In this document: positions 39,246-49,858 of the stretch, piece by piece | How positions within the stretch are numbered: position 1 is the first letter of the stretch | Layout of the letters: each line of letters opens with the position of its first letter | NCBI GenBank assembly: GCA_049967475.1 | Contig: JBMFSQ010000003.1 | Span: 64,001-128,000, forward strand | Source of the DNA: Chthonomonadales bacterium | GTDB lineage: Bacteria > Armatimonadota > Chthonomonadetes > Chthonomonadales > CAJBBX01 | Direction: 5' to 3' | DNA: 64,000 nt | The notes under the pieces: model-generated | Database searches by the model: none | The model's input: only the letters and a program-made list of their open reading frames with translations | Told to the model about the DNA's origin: nothing | Translations under genes and position numbers: made by a program

Positions 39246-41486
39246 TTACCGCGATCCTCCTGGCCGTGGGCGTCCGCTCGAGTTGCGAAGGGGTTTCTTG
39301 ATGCGGCGCAAGGGAGCAGGGGCAAAGGGATCCCTGCGGCTGTGCGGCGGCAGGCCGATCTGCGGATCCGCACCTGACCTCAATGTGGGAAGGGGCACGT
39401 GTATGGCAACGAGCGTTGTGCCGTGCTGGATGCCGGGTCCCGGCTTTATGGTGAGGCCGATAACCGGCTCGTCGAGCCAGCCCGTAAAAAGGAGTGGATC
39501 GGATCCCTCCAATTGCGCGGGATTACTGGAGATGGCGACTGCCAGCGCCTGCCGGATGCGGTCTTCTTGAAGGCTTGAGGTGCCGCGGGGATAGCTGCCG
39601 GAATATTGCGGGGAGGCACCCATGACGGATGGCGCAGCGATGGCGATACGGCCCCATGGTTCTGCGGGGGCAACCCGCAGGGAAGCCAGCTTTGTGGAAT
39701 AGGGTTCCATGGTCCCCAGAAACACAGCCGACGCGCGGTACGTGACGGCGCAATCCACCAGGCGGTGGGCGGTATTGTTGGTGACGCGAACGGTCCCTGC
39801 CCGAATGCCCGGAATGAAAGCGGCATCAATCTCACCCCCAAGGTCTGCGTGGCCCACGAGTTCGAAGCTCCGGACGGACCACATTCGGACGCGGACATCA
39901 CGGACGCCGTGCCCCGGCCCCTCATCCACGGCGACATCCTGCGCTTGAATTCCAAATCCGAAGGGCGCGAAGGAGGCGCCTCGAGCGACTGCTTGTGTGT
40001 CCGCCGTGGCTAGATCGTACTTTGTTGAGGCCGGGGAGAAGATGGTGGCGAGGGTGAGAGCGCGAAGAGACCGCTGGCCTGCCGCGCCCTCCAGGATCGT
40101 AGCGTAGCTGAGGCGCAAGCTGGACCCGCGAAGCGCATAACCCACTCCGTAGGCCCCTACAGAAAAGGCCACGACCACGAGCGGCGCCGTGACCCATGCC
40201 CATTCGCGCCGATCCTTCCTGCGCAAAATCATGTAATTGAGAGGCACGAGGCAAAGGATGTACGCCGCGAGATAGAGCCCAACAAATCCCACCCCAGGTG
40301 CGCTCGCAGCCTGATCGCCCGCTAAGGCATCCCCCAGCATGCGCAAGGCACCTTGGGGCTCGAAGGATCCCATTGCAAAGGAATTGAGCCCTCGATGCAG
40401 TTGCGCTTCCACGATCGCAGAGGCTGAAAGCTCGGCTTGGCGGAGGCGCAGAAGTTCACGCCAGAGCGCTGGTGCGCCCGGCCATGCGCTGATCTGGCGG
40501 GAGGCGAGATCGAAGGTCGTGAAGATGACGGTGCCCCGTCCCTCCCGCCGAGCCACGACGAGGGGCACGGCCCCCTGGGTACACACGACCACTGCGTCTG
40601 GCCCTAGCGTGCCCGTGACCACCGCTACCGGGCTGGAGAGAGAAGGTGCTCGGTATCGGGCTGCGAGTGCGGCAAGGCTGGGGAGTTGGCGCGTTCCTTG
40701 CGGCATCATGGGTAACAGGCCGGCGATCTTGGGATCGCGAAGGCGGCTGATGTCGGGTACTCCCGATATAACGATGGCTCCTCCGTCGCGCACCCACTGG
40801 ATCAGGGCACTCCACTGAGCGTCTGAGAGGGCATCCAACGGGATATCGCCCAAAAACACGCAATCGGCTGCACTGTAGGCTTCAGGGCAAGTCGGGAGGG
40901 TGAAGGGCTCCGGGTACGCCACGGCGCACGGGTATTGCTGCCGGCTGCCGGTTCCTCTCGTGGTGAACTGCACGGAAAGAAGCGCTGTGGATGGCTGGTG
41001 CGGCAACCCCAGATCCGCTCGATGGAGGTAGCCGAGGCCGCTGCGATCCCGGGTGAGCGCTACGATCAACGGCTGGAAGGGGCTCAGGGTCTGCACCGCA
41101 GGAAGTTTCTGATCTGCCAGAACATGCCCTTGCGCCACGAGGCGAACCCGCGCTTCGTCCAGACGTGCATCTTCGTCGGCGAAGTAGGCCAACGGGACGC
41201 GCTCGTTGAGAACACCGGCGTGTAAATCCACGGACCGCATGAACGTAGTGGTGCCCGAATTGGGCTCGGATGCGGGGAAAAGCAACTGGCACTGTGCCTG
41301 TGTGGTGACACCCGTGCCTTTAACGGTAATGAGTGCGGGCGACCAGGAACCGGCCCTCACGAAGCGGTCGAAGCCGATGAATGCATCCACGGTTAGATCG
41401 GCCCGGCAGGGGAGCGCAGTCAGGATCAGGCCTGCCAAAAGACGCGCTGCAATGAAGACGGCCTTTTGCCCCGTGTAACGGTGCAT
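39246..41486 (-). CDS. Large exported/membrane protein with a class-I glutamine-amidotransferase-like central domain
   Basis: Signal peptide; GSWSP; AYSAADCVFLGD..ALIQWVRDGGAIVISG..GRGTVIF; TM pair LVPLNYMILRRKDRREWAW; first gene of the ABC-2/MoxR operon. Confidence 0.7.
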   Translation of the reverse strand: MHRYTGQKAVFIAARLLAGLILTALPCRADLTVDAFIGFDRFVRAGSWSPALITVKGTGVTTQAQCQLLFPASEPNSGTTTFMRSVDLHAGVLNERVPLAYFADEDARLDEARVRLVAQGHVLADQKLPAVQTLSPFQPLIVALTRDRSGLGYLHRADLGLPHQPSTALLSVQFTTRGTGSRQQYPCAVAYPEPFTLPTCPEAYSAADCVFLGDIPLDALSDAQWSALIQWVRDGGAIVISGVPDISRLRDPKIAGLLPMMPQGTRQLPSLAALAARYRAPSLSSPVAVVTGTLGPDAVVVCTQGAVPLVVARREGRGTVIFTTFDLASRQISAWPGAPALWRELLRLRQAELSASAIVEAQLHRGLNSFAMGSFEPQGALRMLGDALAGDQAASAPGVGFVGLYLAAYILCLVPLNYMILRRKDRREWAWVTAPLVVVAFSVGAYGVGYALRGSSLRLSYATILEGAAGQRSLRALTLATIFSPASTKYDLATADTQAVARGASFAPFGFGIQAQDVAVDEGPGHGVRDVRVRMWSVRSFELVGHADLGGEIDAAFIPGIRAGTVRVTNNTAHRLVDCAVTYRASAVFLGTMEPYSTKLASLRVAPAEPWGRIAIAAPSVMGASPQYSGSYPRGTSSLQEDRIRQALAVAISSNPAQLEGSDPLLFTGWLDEPVIGLTIKPGPGIQHGTTLVAIHVPLPTLRSGADPQIGLPPHSRRDPFAPAPLRRIKKPLRNSSGRPRPGGSR

Positions 41487-41589
41487 GGTCTTGTATGCCC
41501 TACAGGAGGCCGGATGCGCATTATCGGCACATCCCACCCATTGCCCCGGTCCCGCGGTGTTCGCCGACCGCCGGAATGACTGCGGCCCG

Positions 41590-42342
41590 CTACCCGGCTG
41601 CGGTTTCTAGAACCTCGTCGGGGATGTCGAAGTTGGCGTGTACCGTCTGAACGTCGTCCAGATCTTCCAACAGGTCCATGAGGCGCAACACCTGCTGAGC
41701 TTCTTTGCCTTCGACGCGCACGGTGGTCGCCGGGATGCGGGTTATTTCCGCCGACGAAATCTGGATCGCTGCGTTTTGGAGGGCTGTCTGTACGGCGGAG
41801 AGATTGCCGGGTTCGGTGAGGACACTGAACACATCCTCTTCCGCCTTCACATCGTCGGCTCCGGCATCCAGGGCGGCGGCGATGAGAGTGTCCTCGTCGG
41901 TGCCTTGCTTGGGGACGGTAATGAGGCCGACCGGTGGGCTGAAGAGGTACGACACGGCGCCGCTTTCCGCCAGACGGCCTCCGTTCTTCGTAAGGATGCT
42001 TCGGATGTCCGCTACGGTCCGGTTTCGGTTATCCGTAGCGCACTCGATGATCATGGCCACGCCGCCGGGGCCGTAGGCTTCGTAGGTGATTTCCTCGTAG
42101 ACGGCCCCTTCGATCTCACCTGTGCCGCGCTGGATGGCGTTCTTGATCTTGTCTTGCGGCATCGAATTCTCACGCGCCTTCTGGATGGCCAGGCGCAGGC
42201 GCAGGTTCGCTTCAGGGTTGCCTCCGCCGGTCTTGGCGGCAACGATGATTTCGCGGGCGAGCTTTGTGAACTTGGCCCCGCGTTCGGCATCCATCTTGCC
42301 CTTCTTAAGGCGGATGTTGTGCCATTTGGAATGTCCAGACAA
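41590..42342 (-). CDS. yebC: YebC/PmpR-family protein
   Basis: SGHSKWHNI, YEAYGPGG, TDNRNRT, LEDLDDVQ.V.ANF. Confidence 0.95.
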   Translation of the reverse strand: MSGHSKWHNIRLKKGKMDAERGAKFTKLAREIIVAAKTGGGNPEANLRLRLAIQKARENSMPQDKIKNAIQRGTGEIEGAVYEEITYEAYGPGGVAMIIECATDNRNRTVADIRSILTKNGGRLAESGAVSYLFSPPVGLITVPKQGTDEDTLIAAALDAGADDVKAEEDVFSVLTEPGNLSAVQTALQNAAIQISSAEITRIPATTVRVEGKEAQQVLRLMDLLEDLDDVQTVHANFDIPDEVLETAAG

Positions 42343-42397
42343 GGGCGAACCAACCCCTTTCTATCAGCAGTATGAAAGGAACCTTTTCTATGAGGCG

Positions 42398-42426
42398 ATT
42401 ATAGCACAGCCGAGGCCGGGCGTCAA
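42398..42426 (-). promoter_or_regulatory. Sigma70-type promoter of yebC
   Basis: Minus strand TTGACG-N17-TATAAT with extended TGn. Confidence 0.75.
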
Positions 42427-42583
42427 AAAGGTCAGAACGACGGCGGGATGAGACACGGCCGTGCTGCTAGGGTGATCTACCGCGTGCGGGGAGCGAGGTC
42501 CGCGCCTCTCATGATGCCGAAAGCAGATCCAGCGCTCGCCGTTTCGGCGGAGGAGGCGGCTCGATAGGCCTCATGCACGCGGG

Positions 42584-42784
42584 CTAACCCGGTGTCTCCC
42601 TAATCTCGGGCGGCGCGTCCCACCCAATGAGGCACATACTCGCTGCTGCGGTGTGGTGCTTGCCGTAGGCAATGAAGTGCACCACGTCGCCATACACGGT
42701 GATCTCGGCCTTTTCGTAGTACGTGCCTCGGTCGTGCCCAGGCTCAGTGACGCTGATCGTTCCCTGTCCCTTTATGACCACCAT
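42584..42784 (-). CDS. Small hypothetical protein (66 aa, beta-rich)
   Basis: AAAGGAG SD before ATG 42784; TGnTATAAT upstream (-10 at 42828-42833). Confidence 0.6.
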   Translation of the reverse strand: MVVIKGQGTISVTEPGHDRGTYYEKAEITVYGDVVHFIAYGKHHTAAASMCLIGWDAPPEIRETPG

Positions 42785-42893
42785 AGCGATGCTCCTTTGC
42801 CGTTCTGCGGATGCTTCTCCGCCGAGGATTATATCAGCTTGTGCCTCGTCAGCCAAGGGCACACGTTTGGGTTGTACTCCGCTTCTCGTAGAA

Positions 42894-42937
42894 TGCGGGC
42901 AGCCCACTCCCATTGCGGCAGAGTGAGGCCGCCCGCA
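42894..42937 (-). terminator. Hairpin after groEL, probable terminator
   Basis: Imperfect inverted repeat TGCGGGC.GCC.CACTC / GAGTG.GGC.GCCCGCA downstream of the groEL stop. Confidence 0.45.
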
Positions 42938-42961
42938 GTTTGGCACCCGGGGAAAGCCGGA

Positions 42962-44946
<1,985 letters not shown>

Positions 44947-45015
44947 ATGCGGAACCCTCCTGCAGCTTGTGGATTGAGTGTGCGGCGGTGGTCGAGTGCA
45001 ACGCCGACCGCCCGC

Positions 45016-45042
45016 TTAGCACTCTACCATCGAGAGTGCTAA
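45016..45042. promoter_or_regulatory. CIRCE element (HrcA operator)
   Basis: Perfect TTAGCACTC-N9-GAGTGCTAA upstream of groES. Confidence 0.97.
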
Positions 45043-45045
45043 TAT

Positions 45046-45075
45046 AATCTACTGAATATGGCCGGCTTCTGTCAA
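45046..45075 (-). promoter_or_regulatory. Sigma70-type promoter of groESL
   Basis: Minus strand TTGACA-N18-TAGATT directly upstream of CIRCE. Confidence 0.75.
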
Positions 45076-45078
45076 GCG

Positions 45079-45819
45079 CTAGCCGATGTGGATTAAGCCG
45101 GCATGGCGCACTGCGATAACCAGCAGGTCCAGCGTTGCCGATATGGCCCAATGGAGGGCAAATCCAGGGAGAAACGAACGGGTACGAAGGGCCAGCCAGC
45201 CCATGATGAGGCCTCCGGGAAAAGAAGAGAGGAACTCCGGCGTAGGTTTTCCCAGGTGCATGAGCCCGAAACCCACAGCTTGAAGCACTACCCCCGCCGT
45301 GGAGCCCCAGCCTCGGGCGATGCCGAAGGTGAGGAAACCGCGATAGAAGAACTCCCAGCAGAACAAATAGAAGCCGTACGTGATCTCGTAGGCTGCCAGC
45401 GCCGCCCAGCTATTCGCAGCCGAATGAAACAGCGGGTACTGCGCTTGGAAGTCTGGGCGGTGAGCCGCGAGCCAAAGCACCGGCAACATGAGGATGTAGA
45501 AGAACCACACCACACGGGCCGTTCGGGCCTCTGGAGGCCGTAAGCCGAAGGCCCAAGGCGACTGCTTGAAGCCTGCCAGGATCAGAAGGAGCGCAGGCAG
45601 GGCAAGGAGCGTGGTATTCACCACCAGGTACTCGTCCCAGGAGTAGGGAATAGGAGAGCTCGGCGGGCTCCACACGGACCTCTGTTGGAGGTTGTAATGC
45701 GTTAGCCACGCGATAACGCCGGATCCTACGAGGAGCGTTGCCAGACTTTGGCCGGCTGCGTGATGGCCTCCGCCGCCCGTCTTGGCTTCCGCTACGCTGG
45801 AAGGATCCTCCGAATACAT
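45079..45819 (-). CDS. CPBP (type II CAAX/Abi) intramembrane metalloprotease
   Basis: WEFFYRG, FGLMHLGKP, FALHW; TGATG coupling to the upstream gene. Confidence 0.85.
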   Translation of the reverse strand: MYSEDPSSVAEAKTGGGGHHAAGQSLATLLVGSGVIAWLTHYNLQQRSVWSPPSSPIPYSWDEYLVVNTTLLALPALLLILAGFKQSPWAFGLRPPEARTARVVWFFYILMLPVLWLAAHRPDFQAQYPLFHSAANSWAALAAYEITYGFYLFCWEFFYRGFLTFGIARGWGSTAGVVLQAVGFGLMHLGKPTPEFLSSFPGGLIMGWLALRTRSFLPGFALHWAISATLDLLVIAVRHAGLIHIG

Positions 45820-47213
45820 CACGCCTCGATCCGTGTGGACGCCAATCGGCACGCAGTGGAAGCAAAGCGCTGCCGGTAGCGGGCCAGCCTGCACCCAGGA
45901 AACGAAGGCCGGCCATGCAGGCGGGAATAGATGACCGTACCTTCCACCATGGTCAAGAGGACGTCCCTCGCTGAAGCGGAATGGACAAGGCTTGTGACGG
46001 GATCATAACACGGTTGGAGGGGCAATCCGTCCAGGCTGATGGCGGCAAGGTCCGCCCATTTCCCTACCTCCAGCGATCCGGCATCTCCGGCCATTCCGAG
46101 TGCCGAAGCGCCACCCAGCGTTGCCATGTAGAGCAGATCGGCGGCTGTGGGGGCGTCGGCTGTTCGGTTGGTTGCACGATGGATCAGAAGGGCACAACGC
46201 ATCTCTTCGAACAAGTCCATGGTATTGTTTGACGCTACGCTGTCGCTCCCGAGCCCGATGGGCACGCTCCCTTGCAGCGGATCCTTGGAACGAAGGGATG
46301 AGAGGAACGCCAGGAGCGGGGACACGCCGTTGCCCAGCTTCGCGTTGGACTTGGGGCAATGCGCCCAGGACGCGCCGGCGCGAGCAGCGCGCCGGAAATC
46401 TGCATGGCCTACCTGAACACCATGTACGAGAAGCGTGTCGGAGGAAAGAACCCCGCATTCATCGAGATACGCAATCGTGCTCATCCCGGGCGGCGATTGC
46501 CACCAAGAAGTTCCACGCTCGCGAAGGATGCGTGCAAACTCACCTTCATCGCGCAGCAGAAGGAGTGCTTCTTGTTGGCTTTCGGCTGCGTGGATGCATA
46601 GGGGGAGGCGCTCTTGCCGCGCGAAGCGGACCACTGCTTTGAGGGCTTCAGGGTGAAGGGTATAGGGCGCATGTGGGGACACCCCCAGGCGCAGGCGTGA
46701 GGATTTGGTGTGAGGGCGCAGGCGGTGCAAGGCTTGCCGCAGCCTCGCGAGGGTCGCTTCCACGGGCTCGTTGGGATCCAGGGCAAAAACCTCTTGGTAG
46801 ATCACGCCCTTAAGCCCAATGATGCGGGCCGCCCTCACAGCCGCGCCACTATCTGTACAATCCCCGATCGTCGTGACGCCCGCAGCGGCAGCTTCCGCCG
46901 CCCCTAAGACGGCCGACGCAAGCCAGTCCTCATCTGTAAGGAGGTTCTTACGTTGAACCAGAGCCCTAATCCAGGGAAAGAACGGGAGGTCTTCCAGCAG
47001 GCCGCGGAACACGGTGTAGTCCAGATGCGTGTGGGCGTTCACCAAGCCGGGGAGCACGATGGCGTTGCCCAGATCCAGAACATTCGGCACGGTTTGCTTC
47101 GGGGCCGCCGGGCGGATGTCCGCAATGCGACCGTTCTCGATAAGGACTTCGCCGTTATGGATGGGGGGCGCCGCCACCGGCACAATCCAGCGCGCGCGAA
47201 CGCATCGCGTCAC
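45819..47213 (-). CDS. Amidohydrolase, MtaD/SsnA-like deaminase
   Basis: PGLVNAHTH, SPHAPY, IHAAES, HCPKSNAKLG.G, LGSDS, GSLEVGKWAD; GTGA coupling at 47210-47213. Confidence 0.88.
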   Translation of the reverse strand: MTRCVRARWIVPVAAPPIHNGEVLIENGRIADIRPAAPKQTVPNVLDLGNAIVLPGLVNAHTHLDYTVFRGLLEDLPFFPWIRALVQRKNLLTDEDWLASAVLGAAEAAAAGVTTIGDCTDSGAAVRAARIIGLKGVIYQEVFALDPNEPVEATLARLRQALHRLRPHTKSSRLRLGVSPHAPYTLHPEALKAVVRFARQERLPLCIHAAESQQEALLLLRDEGEFARILRERGTSWWQSPPGMSTIAYLDECGVLSSDTLLVHGVQVGHADFRRAARAGASWAHCPKSNAKLGNGVSPLLAFLSSLRSKDPLQGSVPIGLGSDSVASNNTMDLFEEMRCALLIHRATNRTADAPTAADLLYMATLGGASALGMAGDAGSLEVGKWADLAAISLDGLPLQPCYDPVTSLVHSASARDVLLTMVEGTVIYSRLHGRPSFPGCRLARYRQRFASTACRLASTRIEA

Positions 47214-47839
47214 TGGACCGGTTGGCTCCAAAGCTGGTCGAGCTGGGATCTGGAGAGGTTCTTGCAATGCCCATCCCCGTGGAGGACGTTATAGCGCATG
47301 CGGTCTGTGAAGACCCCGCCGTGCCACTTACCCGCCGCGTCGAAAAGTACATTCACCGAAGCCGGGTTGGGAAAACTCTCTTCGGTTACATGCCGGAAGG
47401 CAATCTCGGTACGGTAGTTGTAGCTCGTGTGAAACTTGGCATAGCTCGTAGGAGTTGCATCCAAGAGTTCGCCTGTGAAATCCTCTACGGTGTACCCGGT
47501 GTCGGCGGGGCAATGGAAGATCTCCGGGGATTTGATGTAGGGCTGGAGGACCTCGTGGAGCATGGGCATATACGGGATTTGAGCCTGGAATTCCGGAAAG
47601 CCGCTCCAAATTTGCGGCGTGTACCGGTCTGTAGCATCCAGCGCGTAGGGGTAGAGGTCATCGTAATCTTGGCTGTACATCCGGATGGACATGCCGATCT
47701 GCCGAAGGTTGCTCAGGCAGGTGATCTCCCGTGCCTTGCCGCGTGCCGTGGCGAATACGGGAAAGAGGAGAGCGGCGAGCAATGCAATGATGCCGATCAC
47801 CGTAAGGAGTTCCACAAGCGTATAGCCTCGCTGCCGCAT
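47210..47839 (-). CDS. Prepilin-type N-terminal methylation protein (DUF1559-like, H-x9-DG variant)
   Basis: G|YTLVELLTVIGIIALLAALLFPVF..AR..C.SNLRQIG; YNVLHGDGHCK. Confidence 0.85.
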   Translation of the reverse strand: MRQRGYTLVELLTVIGIIALLAALLFPVFATARGKAREITCLSNLRQIGMSIRMYSQDYDDLYPYALDATDRYTPQIWSGFPEFQAQIPYMPMLHEVLQPYIKSPEIFHCPADTGYTVEDFTGELLDATPTSYAKFHTSYNYRTEIAFRHVTEESFPNPASVNVLFDAAGKWHGGVFTDRMRYNVLHGDGHCKNLSRSQLDQLWSQPVQ

Positions 47840-47946
47840 GGGTCCCTCACGCCCGCAGGATATCCCGAATTATACAGGAAATAGACACCGGGAGCAAGCC
47901 GACACGGCGCATCAACGAAGGCACAGCCTATGGCGCGTGCTCCTGC

Positions 47947-48930
47947 TCACTCCGCGTGCTTTACATAGATAGATGCGTGGTACCGCCGGGCAAGGCTTCT
48001 TCCACGTTCCTCTCCAATCACGCTGATGGCCGTGGAAAGGCCATCCGAAGTGGTAGCATTGGGTGCGATGACCGTCACCTCGATGCGGTCGGTAAGTCCC
48101 ATGCCGGTGTGGGGATCCACGATGTGCGAGTAGCGTTTGCCGCCGATCTCCAGATACTGCTCGGTGTCGCCGGATGTGGAGATGCCGCAGTTGTGCAGGA
48201 CAAGTTCCGGCGGGCTTCCTTTGCGCGCCGCGTTGGGAATTGCGATGCGCCACCCCGCCTCCCCTGGCGGAGGGTCGCCGAGGGCGATATCTCCGCCCGC
48301 TTCCACGAGTGCGCTGCGGATGCCGCAACGCTTGAGTTCAACTAGCGCAGCGTCGTCTGCGTAGCCTTTGGCGATGCCGCCCAGGTCCAGCTTCATCCCC
48401 GGCAAAGCCAGGCGCACCGTTTTGCGCGCATCGTCCAGGATGATGTTCTGCCAGCCTACGAGCTTCCGGGCCGAGGCGATCTGTTGGGCATCGGGCAGTA
48501 CATGCATCATTCGGGCGCGCCTCCAAAGGGCAACTTCCGGACCCACTGTGACATCAAATCCCCCGCCGGTGAGGCGCGAGAGCTCTACGGATGCGCGCAA
48601 AATTCTGAAGAGATCCTCGCTCACGCGGATTGGGGGTCCTCCGGACGCCGCGCATAACCGCATCAGCTCGCTGGATGGACGGTAATCGCTCATGATCTGG
48701 TCCAGTTCTTCAAAACGGCGGAATGCGGCTGCGGCGGCCCGGTCTGCGGCGGCTTCATCGGGGGCGTAGAGAAGGATGCGCACTTGCACGCCCATATGGA
48801 TTTGAGTATACTGGAAGCGCGTCCATGCCTTTTGGAGCGGGTTTGCGCGGCCTCCAAGAGGGCTCCCCAACCATCCACTCCAAACCACAAGACATAAGAG
48901 GACATCCTTGCGCATGAAGAACTTACCCAT
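47947..48930 (-). CDS. apbE: FAD:protein FMN transferase
   Basis: FDVTVGP, DLGGIAKGYA.D, AGGDI, STSG, YSHIVDP.TG, DGLSTA; start uncertain (48915-48936). Confidence 0.92.
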   Translation of the reverse strand: MGKFFMRKDVLLCLVVWSGWLGSPLGGRANPLQKAWTRFQYTQIHMGVQVRILLYAPDEAAADRAAAAAFRRFEELDQIMSDYRPSSELMRLCAASGGPPIRVSEDLFRILRASVELSRLTGGGFDVTVGPEVALWRRARMMHVLPDAQQIASARKLVGWQNIILDDARKTVRLALPGMKLDLGGIAKGYADDAALVELKRCGIRSALVEAGGDIALGDPPPGEAGWRIAIPNAARKGSPPELVLHNCGISTSGDTEQYLEIGGKRYSHIVDPHTGMGLTDRIEVTVIAPNATTSDGLSTAISVIGEERGRSLARRYHASIYVKHAE

Positions 48931-48958
48931 CGGCATTCCCCGACCCGTACAGTGGAAT

Positions 48959-49804
48959 ATGGCGCCGGTGCTGGCACCGTGGATCATTATGGCATTGATC
49001 GGCGGGGGTCCTGGCCAAGCGGCAAAGCAGAAGCCGGCTCAGGCACGCCATCCGTCATCTGGGATCGCGCCGTACACGGAGACTGTTACCGTGACTGGCG
49101 ACAGCAACAAGGTACGCTTCGACATGGTGCCCGTGAAGGGAGGAACGTTCACCTTTGTGGATCCCGTGTCCGGAGCTTCGCGCGTAGTGGCAGTAAAACC
49201 CTTTTGGATCGAAAAGACCGAGGTCACGTGGGATCAGTTCGATCAATTTCTGATTGTGCCCGAGAAGCCCAAGCCCGGCACTGCCGATGCCGTCGCGCGG
49301 CCCAGTCACCCGTACATGCCGCCGGATCGCGGCTTTGGCCACGCGGGGTATCCAGCCATATCGCTCACATACTACTCGGCCCAACAGTACTGCAAATGGC
49401 TTTCACTCAAGACGGGCCGAAAGTACCGCCTGCCCACGGAAGTCGAATGGGAATTTGCGTGCAGGTGCGGCGGCCCTCCGGTAAGGCTGGATGAGAAGGG
49501 ATTGCAGCAAGTAGCGTGGTATTCAGGTAATGCAGGCGGCAGCACGCATCCTGTAGGGAAGAAAGAACCCAACGCCTTCGGGCTCTACGACATGCTGGGA
49601 AATGCCGGGGAGTGGTGTATCGGTGTGGATGGCAAACCCGTGCTTCGCGGAGGATCGTTCATGGATCCTCCTACCAAAGTCAATTGCCGCGCTCGGGCGC
49701 GTCAAACCCCTGCATGGAACCAAACGGATCCCCAGATCCCCAAGAGCAAGTGGTGGCTTTCGGACGGCCCCTTCGCGGGCTTTCGCGTGGTGCGTGAACC
49801 CTGA
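48959..49804 (+). CDS. FGE-sulfatase (SUMF1/EgtB/PvdO) domain protein, exported
   Basis: FWIEKTEVT, YRLPTEVEWEFACR, PNAFGLYDMLGNAGEW, RGGSF, GFRVVRE; start uncertain (48914-48989). Confidence 0.88.
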   Translation: MAPVLAPWIIMALIGGGPGQAAKQKPAQARHPSSGIAPYTETVTVTGDSNKVRFDMVPVKGGTFTFVDPVSGASRVVAVKPFWIEKTEVTWDQFDQFLIVPEKPKPGTADAVARPSHPYMPPDRGFGHAGYPAISLTYYSAQQYCKWLSLKTGRKYRLPTEVEWEFACRCGGPPVRLDEKGLQQVAWYSGNAGGSTHPVGKKEPNAFGLYDMLGNAGEWCIGVDGKPVLRGGSFMDPPTKVNCRARARQTPAWNQTDPQIPKSKWWLSDGPFAGFRVVREP

Positions 49805-49858
49805 CGCCATCGTGCATGGTGCCCTCGGGCGGACACAGGGCTTGGAAAGGAGATTGGC

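Noticed and set aside
44975..45002. Possible second CIRCE upstream of groES
   Set aside because: Only a degenerate half-site (TTGCACTC on the minus strand), with no partner arm at 9-nt spacing.
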